Assembly (NCBI GenBank): GCA_963774265.1
Contig: CAVZDU010000001.1
Span: 512,001 to 576,000 of the forward strand
Direction of reading: 5' to 3'
DNA from: an uncultured Chloroflexia bacterium
GTDB lineage: Bacteria > Chloroflexota > Anaerolineae > CG2-30-64-16
DNA: 64,000 nt
The position numbers were made by a program, and so were the translations under genes. Shown piece by piece: positions 29,793 through 40,080 of this stretch (within the stretch, counting starts at the first letter, position 1; each line of letters opens with the position of its first letter). Under the pieces are notes generated by a model that saw only the letters and a program-made list of their open reading frames with translations, searched no databases and was not told where the DNA came from.

Positions 29793-30401
29793 ATGACAGC
29801 AACGAGTATCAAGCTGCGACGCACGCTGTTCCGCGAGGAAGAGCCGGAATGGTTGGTTTGGGCCCTGGTGATTGCGCTGCTGGCCGTGGGACTCATCGTG
29901 CGCACCATCGTCGTGAATCGTTCGACCGCTTTCAGCGCGGGCAACTTGTCTGTCAGCTACCCTGCCTCCTGGACCCAGATACAGAGTGATGCGGAAAACG
30001 AAATGCTCGCGGTGAGCGAGCCTTTCGACGCGGGATTATTCCCGGCGCACTTCACGCTGCAGCAGATGCCGGTGACGGACATCAGCACCAGCGCCCGGAC
30101 TCTTGGCGACTTCGCCCTGAAGTGGGCCGATCGTAAGGCGAAGGATTTGCTCGGCTATAGGGTGTTGAGCATCGAGGAAACAAAGGTGCGGGGCAAGGAC
30201 GCCGTGCGGGTGGAATACGTGTACGTCACTGAGCCGGCGATAGCTACGCCCAACAGCGTGCCCATTGTCGCCGAGGGCGCAGACGTCTTGATCCGCCAGG
30301 ATAACGTCATGACTGTGGCAAGCCTGGTGGCTTCAGCGGACGCGTTCAAAGGCCTCGACGGCGTGTGGAATCGCATCGTTGGTTCGCTTGAGCTGAAGTA
30401 G
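29793..30401 (+). CDS. Membrane-anchored PsbP/DcrB-like hypothetical protein
   Basis: One TM, then SVSYPASW and a C-terminal 'WNRIVGSLEL' pattern. Confidence 0.5.
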   Translation: MTATSIKLRRTLFREEEPEWLVWALVIALLAVGLIVRTIVVNRSTAFSAGNLSVSYPASWTQIQSDAENEMLAVSEPFDAGLFPAHFTLQQMPVTDISTSARTLGDFALKWADRKAKDLLGYRVLSIEETKVRGKDAVRVEYVYVTEPAIATPNSVPIVAEGADVLIRQDNVMTVASLVASADAFKGLDGVWNRIVGSLELK

Positions 30402-30407
30402 GAGACG

Positions 30408-31983
30408 ATGATGAGACGCCAAACCCGGACAATCCTATTCGCGGCGCTGACTCTCCTTTCCCTTGCGGTCGGACTCGTCGGCAGCGCACCGCAGGTCGAG
30501 GCCCTGGATCGGGAAATCGCCCAGCGCATCTTGCGTTCCTCCGTCAAGCTGATGACGCCGTTCGATGCGGATGACAACGCCGGCAGCCTGTGCTCGGGCA
30601 CGATGCTCGATCGGGAGGGCTACATCCTGACCAACTTCCATTGTATCGGCTACCCAACCTCGGGAGGTTCGGATTCGGAGTTGGAGGACCTGGGCTTGCG
30701 ACCGGGCGACTTTTTTAACGCGAAAGGCTTGTCGGTGGTGGCCATCACGGATGACGCGGCGCAAGCTCCCAAAGCCGGCTTATGTTGCCCGGGCCCTATC
30801 GTACGACGCAGAACTGGATCTCGCGGTGCTCAAAATCATCGCGTACTACAACAGCAAGCAGGAGATCACCGCCACGCTGCCCGTTGTTTCGATGGACCTT
30901 GCCGACTCGGATACCGTCGAAACACTCGATGATGTGATCGTGATAGGCTACCCCGGAATTGCGGGCGATACGGTGACCGCGACGGAAGGCCGGATTTCGG
31001 GCTTCATGGATGAAGACGGTGACGACGAGTTCGACTGGTTCAAGACCGATGTGCTGGTCAACCAGGGCAACTCAGGTGGATCTGCTGTCAACGCTGCAGG
31101 TCAACTGATTGGCGTACCGACGGCGCGCATTCAGGACCAGGCGGGCAACGTCATATACCTGGTCCGCCCGACGAACCGTGCCGTGCCCTACATCGAGGAG
31201 GCGCGCAAGGTTGGCGCCAGCGGCGGTAAGATCAGCACCAAGCCGCCCAGCAGTTCGTCGGCCAAACCGAGCGGCAAGGCAGGTTTTGGGGAGATCGTAT
31301 TTGGGACAGCCTTCGACGAGAGTGATGGTATTCTTGGCGAGGCAACCAGCTTCCAGTCCGGCATCGCCGAGGTGCATGCGGGTCTGCCATATGAAGGCAT
31401 GCGCAACGGTATGGATTGGGGTTACGCGTGGCAATACGAAGGACAAGACGTCACCGGTGACCCCGAGTTGGAGTGGGAATTCGGCGCATCCGGTATTCTC
31501 GACCTCACTCTGAGCGGCAAAAAAGGCCTGACCGATGGCAGCTATGGCCTGCAGGTCTATCTGCGAGGGGATCTTGTCCAGGAGGCGGGCTTCACCGTGG
31601 GCAAGCGGCAGGCCAACAACCGGCCGCCTCAGAAGCCACAATCGCCCGCCGACGATGGCGTGATCATCACGGGGGTCGTTGTCGACTATGCAACGCAGCG
31701 GCCTATTCAGAACGCAGTCGTTGTCTTCCTGTTTCCCGAGTTGACTGTTGATGACTTCGACGCGGACGAAAGTGAAGACAAGACTGAGACGGTGTTGTCG
31801 TACGGCGTTACGGACGCAGAGGGTGTTTATACGATCGACACGCCCCTGCCGCGCGGCGAGTCTTATACGGCGATCGTGGGAGCCAAAGGCTACCAACGCA
31901 TCGCTGAGGACTTCGCGTTGGAAATCACCGAGGATGACCCCGACCTGATCGAGCTCGATCCATTGGAGTTAGATCGCCTATAG
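30408..31983 (+). CDS. Secreted trypsin-like serine protease with C-terminal beta-sandwich/CarboxypepD_reg-like domains (frameshift near 30759)
   Basis: Signal peptide; TNFHC, LDLAVL and GNSGG triad motifs split over two frames at GACGCGGCGCAAG. Confidence 0.82.
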
Positions 31984-31992
31984 TCTCCATAT

Positions 31993-32045
31993 TTTGGAAC
32001 GACCCGCCCGGCGTGCGTCGCAGCCGCCAGGCGGGTCGTTCCAAA
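31993..32045. terminator. Long hairpin between convergent genes
   Basis: TTTGGAACGACCCGCC / GGCGGGTCGTTCCAAA, perfect 16-bp arms with extra inner pairing. Confidence 0.7.
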
Positions 32046-32063
32046 CTGCACATCTCCCCGGCG

Positions 32064-32651
32064 CTACAACAGTGTTCTCTTCAAAAACGCGACGACTACG
32101 TGGGCGGGAATAGCGAATCCCACATCTGGGCCGTTCATCATGGTGTTGATGCCCAGAAGCCTGCCCCGCACATCGACCAACGGACCGCCCGAATGGCCGG
32201 GTCGCATGTGCAAGCTTACTACAATCCAGTCCTGCTTGCTCATGGGCATCTCGGGCCACTGTCGGCCCATGCCGATAATGACGCCCCCAGTCGCAGCATC
32301 CGTTACACCCAGGGGATGCCCGAGTGCCATCACCCATTGGCCAGGACGCACCATGCGTGAGTCGGCGAGTTGGATCGTAGGTAGGCCTTTTCCTTGGATT
32401 CTTAAAGCCGCGAGGTCAAGCTCGCGATCCACGGTCAGGATTTCTGCCCCAAGCACTTGCCCGTCTGCCAACTCCACCCGGAGGGGCCCGCGGCTGGCAA
32501 CGTGTGCGTTTGTCACAATCAACCCCTCGGGGTGCCAGATTGTCCCCGCGCCCGCGCCCCGCCTGCCGTTACGCACCTGCACCAGGCCCGCAAGCGCGGT
32601 GTCAATGACGTTGGCTGCTTCTGAGTTGATCTCAACTGCAGGGTTGAACAT
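32064..32651 (-). CDS. Trypsin-like (S1C) serine protease without PDZ
   Basis: TNAHV, DLAAL and PGHSGGP motifs. Confidence 0.85.
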   Translation of the reverse strand: MFNPAVEINSEAANVIDTALAGLVQVRNGRRGAGAGTIWHPEGLIVTNAHVASRGPLRVELADGQVLGAEILTVDRELDLAALRIQGKGLPTIQLADSRMVRPGQWVMALGHPLGVTDAATGGVIIGMGRQWPEMPMSKQDWIVVSLHMRPGHSGGPLVDVRGRLLGINTMMNGPDVGFAIPAHVVVAFLKRTLL

Positions 32652-32713
32652 AAGAATCTCCCGTTCGACGGGCCATCGTGAGGATGGAAGTTTTCCCGTC
32701 CCCACGGGGCAGG

Positions 32714-33613
32714 TCACCCCTGCTCCCCGATCAGAACATTGACCTCGGTCAATTGACCGCCGCGCAGGATGCGCGCTGAGACGGTTTTTCCCACGCGATC
32801 TCCACTCAGCAGTCCCAACAGGTCATCCGATTGAGTCACGCGCTGGCCGTCAAACAGAATCAGCGTGTCACCCATGAACAGCCCACTGCGCTCCGCCGGA
32901 CTGTCGGCCTCGACCGCCCCAAGTAGCAACCCGGTTTCTTGGCCGGCCTGTTGGACCACGGAGGTTGGCAGTCGGACGGTTTGTGCGCTCACGCCCAGGT
33001 AGCCGCGCTTAACTCGTCCGTGCGCCAGGAGCGCATCGGCCACCCGCCCGATTGTCGCCGTGGGGATGGTCAGGGTGATGCCGCGCAGCATCGCCGATGT
33101 GTTTAGGCCCAGGAAGCGGCCAGACGCATCGACCAATGGGCCGCCGGAGAAACCGGGATACATCAGTGCGTCGGTCTGAAGGTAGTGGTCCAGTTGACCG
33201 CCCGCAGGTGTGCGCCACTCTTTTTTAAGGGCGCTGATGATGCCGAGGGTGGCCATGACGCTCTGGCCCGGTCGTCCCAGGGCAAGCGCAAGATGTCCCA
33301 CATGTAGAGATTCGGCACCCGCCCAGGTCGGTGCGACCAGGCTCTGGCCAGGCGTGCGCAGCAACGCCAGATCAGTGGTGGGATCGCGGCCAACCAGGCT
33401 TGCGGCCACCGTTCGTCCATCGGGGAGCCCAATGCCGATGTTTTCATCGGTCTCGACAACATGGTGTGCGGTGATGATCAGTCCATCTGTGGACCAGACG
33501 ATGCCGCTGGCAGGCAGCCGTTGGCGCCCTTCCACCCGCACGATGCTGGGCCCCGCAGTTTCGACAGCCGACGCCAGCGCGTCGGAAAGGGATGCAAGTA
33601 CTTCCGTAGTCAT
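32714..33613 (-). CDS. HtrA-like S1C serine protease with PDZ domain
   Basis: TAHHV, TDLALL, PGFSGGP, GYLGV and SPA..GL..GD motifs; GGAGG RBS. Confidence 0.87.
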   Translation of the reverse strand: MTTEVLASLSDALASAVETAGPSIVRVEGRQRLPASGIVWSTDGLIITAHHVVETDENIGIGLPDGRTVAASLVGRDPTTDLALLRTPGQSLVAPTWAGAESLHVGHLALALGRPGQSVMATLGIISALKKEWRTPAGGQLDHYLQTDALMYPGFSGGPLVDASGRFLGLNTSAMLRGITLTIPTATIGRVADALLAHGRVKRGYLGVSAQTVRLPTSVVQQAGQETGLLLGAVEADSPAERSGLFMGDTLILFDGQRVTQSDDLLGLLSGDRVGKTVSARILRGGQLTEVNVLIGEQG

Positions 33614-33723
33614 GGATGCCTCCGATACGGTATTTTCGAGGGTATGATACAAGATCACGAACCTCGACGCATCGCCCGTTGGGTTGGGAAGGGACCTGTC
33701 AATAAGGCTAGGTGGCGGCGGGA

Positions 33724-34374
33724 CTATAGAAAGATGAGGCCGAGGCGGGTCGCGTGGACGACGGCTTCTGTGCGGCTGCCAACGCCGAGTTTACCGAGTA
33801 TGGCATTAACGTGAAATTTAACGGTGTGCTCGCTGATGTCGAGGCGCTGGGCGATGGTCTTGTTGGGGAGGCCCTCAGCCAGGAGGCGCAGTACCTCGCG
33901 CTCGCGCGCAGTCAGGTCCTCAGGGAGAGCCGCTTGCTCTTCCTGAGACCAGGGCGGTGAGGCGTTGGGCGTCTGTGACTCCGTCAACAGGGTGCGATAC
34001 GCCGCGTCGATCACCAGGAATCCCTGCGCGATTGCGACGACGGCTGCGGCGATGCTTGCGGGCTCGGCATCCCGACGAAGCATCCCCTGCACTCCTGTAC
34101 GCCACCCTTGCTGTGCACCTTCCTCGGTGGTGGTGAGCACTGCGACCGGTGCGGTGAGGCGGCTCTCAGCCAGCCGAGCGAGTGCGGTCTCGGGATCCCA
34201 GCCCATATCCCACAACACCACATCTGGACGGTGTACGTCCACCGCGTTGGCGAGATCGTCTGAGCCGGCAACACGGCCAACGACGTTTATATCTTCTTGA
34301 TCGGTCAGCAAGGTCGCCAGCCCGGCGCGTGCCAGTGGGTCATCCGCGACGACCAGCACGCGGACGGCGCTCAC
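33724..34374 (-). CDS. NarL/LuxR-family response regulator
   Basis: VADD and VLWD receiver; LTAREREVL..GL.NK.IA..L.ISE.TVK.H HTH. GTG start overlaps the upstream stop. Confidence 0.9.
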   Translation of the reverse strand: MSAVRVLVVADDPLARAGLATLLTDQEDINVVGRVAGSDDLANAVDVHRPDVVLWDMGWDPETALARLAESRLTAPVAVLTTTEEGAQQGWRTGVQGMLRRDAEPASIAAAVVAIAQGFLVIDAAYRTLLTESQTPNASPPWSQEEQAALPEDLTAREREVLRLLAEGLPNKTIAQRLDISEHTVKFHVNAILGKLGVGSRTEAVVHATRLGLIFL

Positions 34375-35468
34375 GCTGCCTCTCCATCCGGCAGAAAGTC
34401 GACGAGCAGGATGTCGGGCGGGCACCAAATGCGTACGGGCGGCTCTGCAGAACCGATGCCGGCCGTAACAAACAGGTGTGTGCGATCGAAAACGAAGTGG
34501 CTGCCGTCATACTGCCTGCCATACTTCGACGGCATAACCAGGGCGCCGATCCCGGGCACGCGCATCTGCCCACCATGGTAGTGGCCCGCGAAGACGGCAT
34601 CAAACGTCAATCCCTGGGGGCGATGGATGTTGTCTGGCGTATGAGTGAGCAAGAACGCCAGGTCACCCGGCATCCGATGGGGCTGGCGCCGCCCCCCGTC
34701 TCTCCACGGGTGCTCATCGCCCGCCAGGAGGATGGAAGCGCCATCGTTCAAGGGAATGCGCACACTTCCATTGCCCAGCATGCACATACCTGCTGCTTGG
34801 GCAGCCTCCTGCACAGCCGTCGCGTCTGCCCATGTGTCGTGATTGCCCAACACGCCGAACGAGCCGAGCCGGCCGCGCGCCATAGGCAGCACTTCAGAGA
34901 GCAGCGGGATGAATTCGGCATGAGTCACGAAATCGCCGGTGCACAAGAGGAGATCTGGCTGTGTCGCCGAGACGCGGCGCATGGCGTCCTGAAAGTAGCT
35001 GAGCGGAAGATGGCTGTTCAGGTGGAAATCGCTGACGTGCGCGACGCGCACCGTGGGCCCGCGCCAGTTCGGCACGCGCACCTCGTACTGCCGCAAGATG
35101 AGATCGGTGGTCGTCTGTGGCTTACTGAACCGGACGCTCGGCCCTGCTTCGGCGATGGGCGGGTCCCCGCGGTGTCTGGCGCGTAGGACCAGTCGGCGTA
35201 CTTCACCCAGGAAGGCCAGCACTACGGCGCTTGCGGGCAGCAGCATCCAGTGGGTGCGATCTGTCAGCGAGCCGAGCAGTGCGCTGAAACCGACGGACAG
35301 CAGGCCCCCCGCGCGCACCAGGAAGCCTTTGTGTCGCTTGTCGCGCAGCTGAATCAACAAACGGTTGAGGATGAACAGGTAAGATGCTGCGCCTGCCACT
35401 GCCCAGGTGAGCATTGATAGCAACCGCATCACGCGCTTCATGGCCTTGTCTCGGTCGGTGGTCTTCAT
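34371..35468 (-). CDS. Membrane-anchored calcineurin-like metallophosphoesterase
   Basis: SDFH, TGDF, LGNHD, HTPD and GHYHGGQ motifs. Confidence 0.88.
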   Translation of the reverse strand: MKTTDRDKAMKRVMRLLSMLTWAVAGAASYLFILNRLLIQLRDKRHKGFLVRAGGLLSVGFSALLGSLTDRTHWMLLPASAVVLAFLGEVRRLVLRARHRGDPPIAEAGPSVRFSKPQTTTDLILRQYEVRVPNWRGPTVRVAHVSDFHLNSHLPLSYFQDAMRRVSATQPDLLLCTGDFVTHAEFIPLLSEVLPMARGRLGSFGVLGNHDTWADATAVQEAAQAAGMCMLGNGSVRIPLNDGASILLAGDEHPWRDGGRRQPHRMPGDLAFLLTHTPDNIHRPQGLTFDAVFAGHYHGGQMRVPGIGALVMPSKYGRQYDGSHFVFDRTHLFVTAGIGSAEPPVRIWCPPDILLVDFLPDGEAA

Positions 35469-37054
35469 TGCGGTGCTGCGCTGCGCGGCAGTGAGGGCGC
35501 GTCAGGCCGCATTGTTTCGCCGCGAACCACGGGCACGAGCATCTGATCCACTGGTGCGTATTGGTCTGTCAGGATTACGAGTCGGCCTTCGGAGAGCAGG
35601 GTGTTCAGGTCTTCATCAGGCAGTACCATATCGGCCAGCAACGTTTCCCCATCGCCTGCATCGATGCTGCGGAACTGCTCCAGGTCAAGAGGCTCTGCCG
35701 ATGCGACGATCACGAACGTCACGCGAGGAGATTTCTGCCACATCCGTAGGGCCGGCACGACGTAGACATGTTCGAAGGTTTTTGTGAGGGTGGTGACGTA
35801 CGCTCGCAGAAAGTCGCGGCGAGGGCCGTCGATCAGGTTAACCAGGTAGAGGCCATCATCCGCTAGCCACGCCCGGACCCGCTCGTTGAACTCCAGCGTC
35901 GTCAGGTGATACGGCACAGAATAGTCGTTGAACGCATCACCCATGATTAACGAATACCGCTTAGCAGGCTGGCGCTGGAGGAACATGCGCGCGTCTTCGT
36001 TGAAGCTCTTGATGAGGCTGTCGCGGGCCAGGCCCAGCGAGGCATAAGCCGTTTGCGTCACGCCTGGGTCAATCTCGATCACATCCAGATCGCTGTCAGG
36101 AAACAGCGCTTCCATGTAGCGCGGAAACGTATAGCCACCGCCACCGATGAAAAGTGCGGTCAGCCTATTGTGCCTCAATGATTGATAGTGGGTGGCTTCG
36201 GCATATACTTTCTCGTAGCCGTAGACCAACTGAGTAGGGTCCTCCAGCGAGCTGTAGCTGTGGACAAGCCGGTCAAGCACGAGGGTGCGCACCGGCCGAC
36301 CGGCATTCTCACTCTCGTGCACGGTTATGCAAAAGTAATTGGTTTCCAGCGTACAACGAGAACTTGTCCATCCCCGGGCTGTGGCCACCGAAGTGGCCAC
36401 ACCGATAAGCACGACGGCGAGGATGGCTGCGACCACACGCCCGCGCACCTGCAAGCCGACGAGGAAAAAACCGACCGCCATGACCAGTAACACGACGGCT
36501 ACGCCCCAGATGATTGCGTGGGTGCCAAACCAGGCGATCAGCAGAAAGCCCGTCGCAAACGTCCCGACAATGCTGCCGACCGTGCCGGCTGCGGAGATTC
36601 GACCTACGGTGCTGCCCGTGCGAGCGAGGTCGAGCACCGACAGCTTGGTCACCACGGGGGAAATCGTGCCGAGCAGGGTTGCCGGGATGAAGAAGAGCGC
36701 AGTGATCAGGATGATAATGCGAAGGACAATTGGCCATTCAGTGGGGAGCCGCGTTCCCACCGTGTCCACCAGGAACACGCCGATGCTGGTCAGACCCCCG
36801 AGCAGGAACAACAGCCCCAGCAGCCGGTGCGAAGCCCATCGGTCGGCGAGCCGGCCGCCGATGTAGTTGCCCAGGCTCATACCTGCCAGTATGATGCCAA
36901 TGATCGTGGTCCAGGTGTAGAGGGACACGCCGACGTAGGGCGCCACGATGCGGCCTGCGACCAGCTCCAGGGTCATCATGCACGCGCTCGAAGTAAAAAC
37001 GATCAGTGTCGCCGCCCATAGCCGTGGCGCGCGCATTTGCGTATCCGTTTCCAT
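35465..37054 (-). CDS. Fused MFS-like/spermidine synthase protein
   Basis: Seven TMs, then IGGGG, IEIDP, DAR, GDAF, HL.T.EF and LTD.YAPV motifs. Confidence 0.85.
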   Translation of the reverse strand: METDTQMRAPRLWAATLIVFTSSACMMTLELVAGRIVAPYVGVSLYTWTTIIGIILAGMSLGNYIGGRLADRWASHRLLGLLFLLGGLTSIGVFLVDTVGTRLPTEWPIVLRIIILITALFFIPATLLGTISPVVTKLSVLDLARTGSTVGRISAAGTVGSIVGTFATGFLLIAWFGTHAIIWGVAVVLLVMAVGFFLVGLQVRGRVVAAILAVVLIGVATSVATARGWTSSRCTLETNYFCITVHESENAGRPVRTLVLDRLVHSYSSLEDPTQLVYGYEKVYAEATHYQSLRHNRLTALFIGGGGYTFPRYMEALFPDSDLDVIEIDPGVTQTAYASLGLARDSLIKSFNEDARMFLQRQPAKRYSLIMGDAFNDYSVPYHLTTLEFNERVRAWLADDGLYLVNLIDGPRRDFLRAYVTTLTKTFEHVYVVPALRMWQKSPRVTFVIVASAEPLDLEQFRSIDAGDGETLLADMVLPDEDLNTLLSEGRLVILTDQYAPVDQMLVPVVRGETMRPDAPSLPRSAAPQ

Positions 37055-37073
37055 GCAACCTCAGCGGATGTCG

Positions 37074-37943
37074 TTAGAGTGCGTCGATTATAGGTGCATC
37101 CTCCCTGCGAGGCAACTCATTTTCGTCGCATTGGCAGCGCGGGCAAAAGTGTGTGCTGCGCTGAGTCACGCGGATGCGCACAATTGGTGAGCCGCAGTTC
37201 GGACACGGTTTGCCCAGTCGGCCGTAAACGCGCAAATCGTTACGGAAATAGCCGTCTTCGCCGTAGGGCGTCCGATAGTCGCGCAGGAGCGTACCTCGCT
37301 TCTGGATCGCCTCCGTTAGCACCTGGCGGATGCTAAGGAACAGGCGCTCAAGTTCTTGGTCCGAAAGTGAAGACGCCCTGCGCAACGGGTGGATGCCGGC
37401 GCGAAAGAGCGACTCATCCGCATAGATGTTCCCGACGCCTGCGACGACCGTTTGATCCAGCAGCAACGCCTTGATGACAACCTTGCGCCGGCGGAGCCGA
37501 TCCGCAAACTCCTGGAACGTGAAGTCCCACGCCAGCGGCTCCGGCCCCAGCTTACCTGTAACTTCATCGATATGGGAAACCAACCAGATGCGGCCAAATT
37601 TCCGGGCATCGGTGAAAACCAGCGCGTCGCCGTCAGCCAGGGGGAACCACGCCCTGACGTGGCCATCCGCGAGCAGCGGGCTTTCACCTCCACCCACGGT
37701 CAGGCTTCCGGTCATGCGCAGATGCACGACCAGCGTTTGTCCATCATCGAGGTGGATCAGCAAGAACTTACCGCGACGGCTGACGTCGATGACTTGCCGT
37801 CCCTCGATCCTTTCAGACAAGCAACTGGGTTCGGGTGTGGCCAGCGTGCGCGGCCACAGGATATGCGCGCCAACAAAGCGCCGGTTGACCAGCTCTGCTC
37901 GCAGATCAGCGGCGATGGTTTCGACTTCAGGCAGTTCAGGCAT
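37074..37943 (-). CDS. mutM: Formamidopyrimidine-DNA glycosylase
   Basis: MPELPEVE, RRGK, HLRMTG, GVGNIYADE and C-terminal CPNC/CPRC zinc finger. Confidence 0.96.
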   Translation of the reverse strand: MPELPEVETIAADLRAELVNRRFVGAHILWPRTLATPEPSCLSERIEGRQVIDVSRRGKFLLIHLDDGQTLVVHLRMTGSLTVGGGESPLLADGHVRAWFPLADGDALVFTDARKFGRIWLVSHIDEVTGKLGPEPLAWDFTFQEFADRLRRRKVVIKALLLDQTVVAGVGNIYADESLFRAGIHPLRRASSLSDQELERLFLSIRQVLTEAIQKRGTLLRDYRTPYGEDGYFRNDLRVYGRLGKPCPNCGSPIVRIRVTQRSTHFCPRCQCDENELPRREDAPIIDAL

Positions 37944-38018
37944 ATTGAAGAATCCACAATACAAAAACGCCGGTGGCGCTGCCACACGCGGCAGCGCCAC
38001 CGGCTATCATTTATCAGT

Positions 38019-39977
38019 TCAGTGTCCTACATCCCACATGGCTTCGCGCGGCAGCGGCAGCAGACTCGCTGCATCCCCGGTTACGTCTTGCAGGGTCAGG
38101 AGCCAGCCTTCGCCTGTGTCGTGGAACGCCATTACCTGCGTATCTGACACCCAGCGCGGGCCTACCATACTTACGCTATTTGTCAGTCGTTGCGGCGCCT
38201 GCCCCGGCTCGCCGATGAAAACCTGGAAGTTGTCCTGATATAGAAAACGATCGCCTTGCGGCGACCAACTGATGAATTCGCCCTGCGCCATCGTCGCGTA
38301 GAGCTGTGGATTCGCACCATCCTTGTCGGCGAGGTAGAGTTCATTCATGGCTAATGATTCCGAAATAAATCGGGTATACGCCAATCGATCGCCCCTCGGC
38401 GACCAATAAACTTGAAACGCGTCGATCTGACCGATCTTATCCACTTTCCCCGATTCACTTATCTTGTAGAGGGTTGTGCCGTTTGGTGGCGTTGGGAGAC
38501 CGTAGTCGGTCTCAGGGATAGCCACCCAGGCCGCCCCGCCGTCGGGCGTCCAGGAGACCTGGCTTTCATAGCTATTCTTGCCGGGGCTTGCCGGAAAGGT
38601 GAGCACTGTTCGCCCTTTGCCGCTGGCCACGTCGTACAGGCTCATGCTACCCTCGGGACTCGCCTCTGTACCGTACTGAACCAGGAGATATTGTGAACCA
38701 TCGGGCGAGTCATAGGGTCGGTTGGCGCGACCCAGCTCGTTCATAAAGCTCAGTGCGCCGCTCTCCACGTCAATCCGCCATAGTTCGGTTTTCACTGGCA
38801 GCTCGGGCTGCTGCGGGTCAGGAATCAAGGACAGTGTGACGGACAGGATGTTGCCCTGCGGCGCCCAACGTGTGTCGCTAATGGCGCGTCTGACGTAGCC
38901 TGTTGGCAGATGGTCGGTCGGCAGCGTCGCGTCTTCGAGCAGCAACTTGGGCTCGCCCCCCGTCCAGCGCACGGCCCACACCTGCAGGCCCGCATCGTTG
39001 AAAATGCGGTAGACGATCCAGGTCTGATCCGGTGAAAGCTGGGGTGTGTTGACACCGCGTGCCTGCACCAGTTGCCGCGTCCCACCGTCGCGATCCACCG
39101 CCCAGAGAGCGTTGAGATCAGCATAAGCGAATCGAATTCCCGACGGTAGCGTGGTGGCCAAGGGCCGCGCAGGGGGCGCCGGCTCAGGGGTCAACAACTC
39201 AGGTGCGATGCCCACCGGCTCATTCGGGCCGCCGCCACCGCGCCCCATCGCCGCCGCCGCCAGTTCGGGAACGGGCTCAGTCGGAGCGGCTTGGGCCGAC
39301 AGCATGGGAGCAGCGGTCGCGTCAACGGTCGCTTCGGGTGCGCTGGCGGCTGCCCCTGCAAGATCGGCAGCCGATTCTGTGGCGCCCATCGCACTGGCAG
39401 GCGCAGCCTCTTTAGCAGACCGCGCTTCCGGTTCGGGAGAGGCCGCCATAGCCAGGGCAGCCTCTTGCGAAGGCTCCACGACGGCAGCCGGCGCCTGCTC
39501 TTGCGTTTTCGCTTGAGGCGCCTCCGCAGCGGTTGGCGCCACTGGGGCCGCCGCAAGCGGTTTCTCCGTCGCGGGGACGGTTGTCGGTTGTACGCGTGCG
39601 ACAGTCTGGTTAGGGCTCCACGGCGCCTGCTCGGGGCGCAGTATGGTAACGGCCACGAACGCGACCAAAGCGATGGCAGCGACCGCGCCCAAACCGCGTG
39701 CAAGCCCGCCAAACCAGCCCGGCGCAACGATGGGCCGGCGTATGCCGGCCTTGGCCTCTGACAGGGTGAATGCGCGAGGAACGGCGACGCGCGGCAGCGA
39801 GTGCAATATAATTACGGTTTGGCGCAGGCTGCCAAGCTCTGCGCGGCACTCCGTGCATTGCTGCAGGTGCGCGTCTATGGTCGCTCGCTCGGCCGGAGAA
39901 ACCTGTTGATCCAGGTAGGCTGAAAGCAGCTCGACCTGGAGGTGGCCCCGGACCGGCCCTCCGAAGATAGATCTCAT
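38019..39977 (-). CDS. Zinc-binding (zf-HC2) anti-sigma factor with TM, Ala/Pro linker and TolB-like beta-propeller
   Basis: LSAYLD..HLQQCTEC; repeated WSP/SPD units; downstream of the ECF sigma gene. Confidence 0.82.
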   Translation of the reverse strand: MRSIFGGPVRGHLQVELLSAYLDQQVSPAERATIDAHLQQCTECRAELGSLRQTVIILHSLPRVAVPRAFTLSEAKAGIRRPIVAPGWFGGLARGLGAVAAIALVAFVAVTILRPEQAPWSPNQTVARVQPTTVPATEKPLAAAPVAPTAAEAPQAKTQEQAPAAVVEPSQEAALAMAASPEPEARSAKEAAPASAMGATESAADLAGAAASAPEATVDATAAPMLSAQAAPTEPVPELAAAAMGRGGGGPNEPVGIAPELLTPEPAPPARPLATTLPSGIRFAYADLNALWAVDRDGGTRQLVQARGVNTPQLSPDQTWIVYRIFNDAGLQVWAVRWTGGEPKLLLEDATLPTDHLPTGYVRRAISDTRWAPQGNILSVTLSLIPDPQQPELPVKTELWRIDVESGALSFMNELGRANRPYDSPDGSQYLLVQYGTEASPEGSMSLYDVASGKGRTVLTFPASPGKNSYESQVSWTPDGGAAWVAIPETDYGLPTPPNGTTLYKISESGKVDKIGQIDAFQVYWSPRGDRLAYTRFISESLAMNELYLADKDGANPQLYATMAQGEFISWSPQGDRFLYQDNFQVFIGEPGQAPQRLTNSVSMVGPRWVSDTQVMAFHDTGEGWLLTLQDVTGDAASLLPLPREAMWDVGH

Positions 39978-40080
39978 TGATGACTCACGATCAAAAGTGC
40001 AAGATTTGTCAGCTTACATGGACGATTGGGGCGCAGGCAGGCCTAATCTCCGCCTTGTGATGATGCCTACGCTATATGTG

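Noticed and set aside
40020-40075. TGATGATGCCTAC resembling a fluoride riboswitch 3' end
   Set aside because: No matching P1 stem, and it is antisense to the flanking genes.
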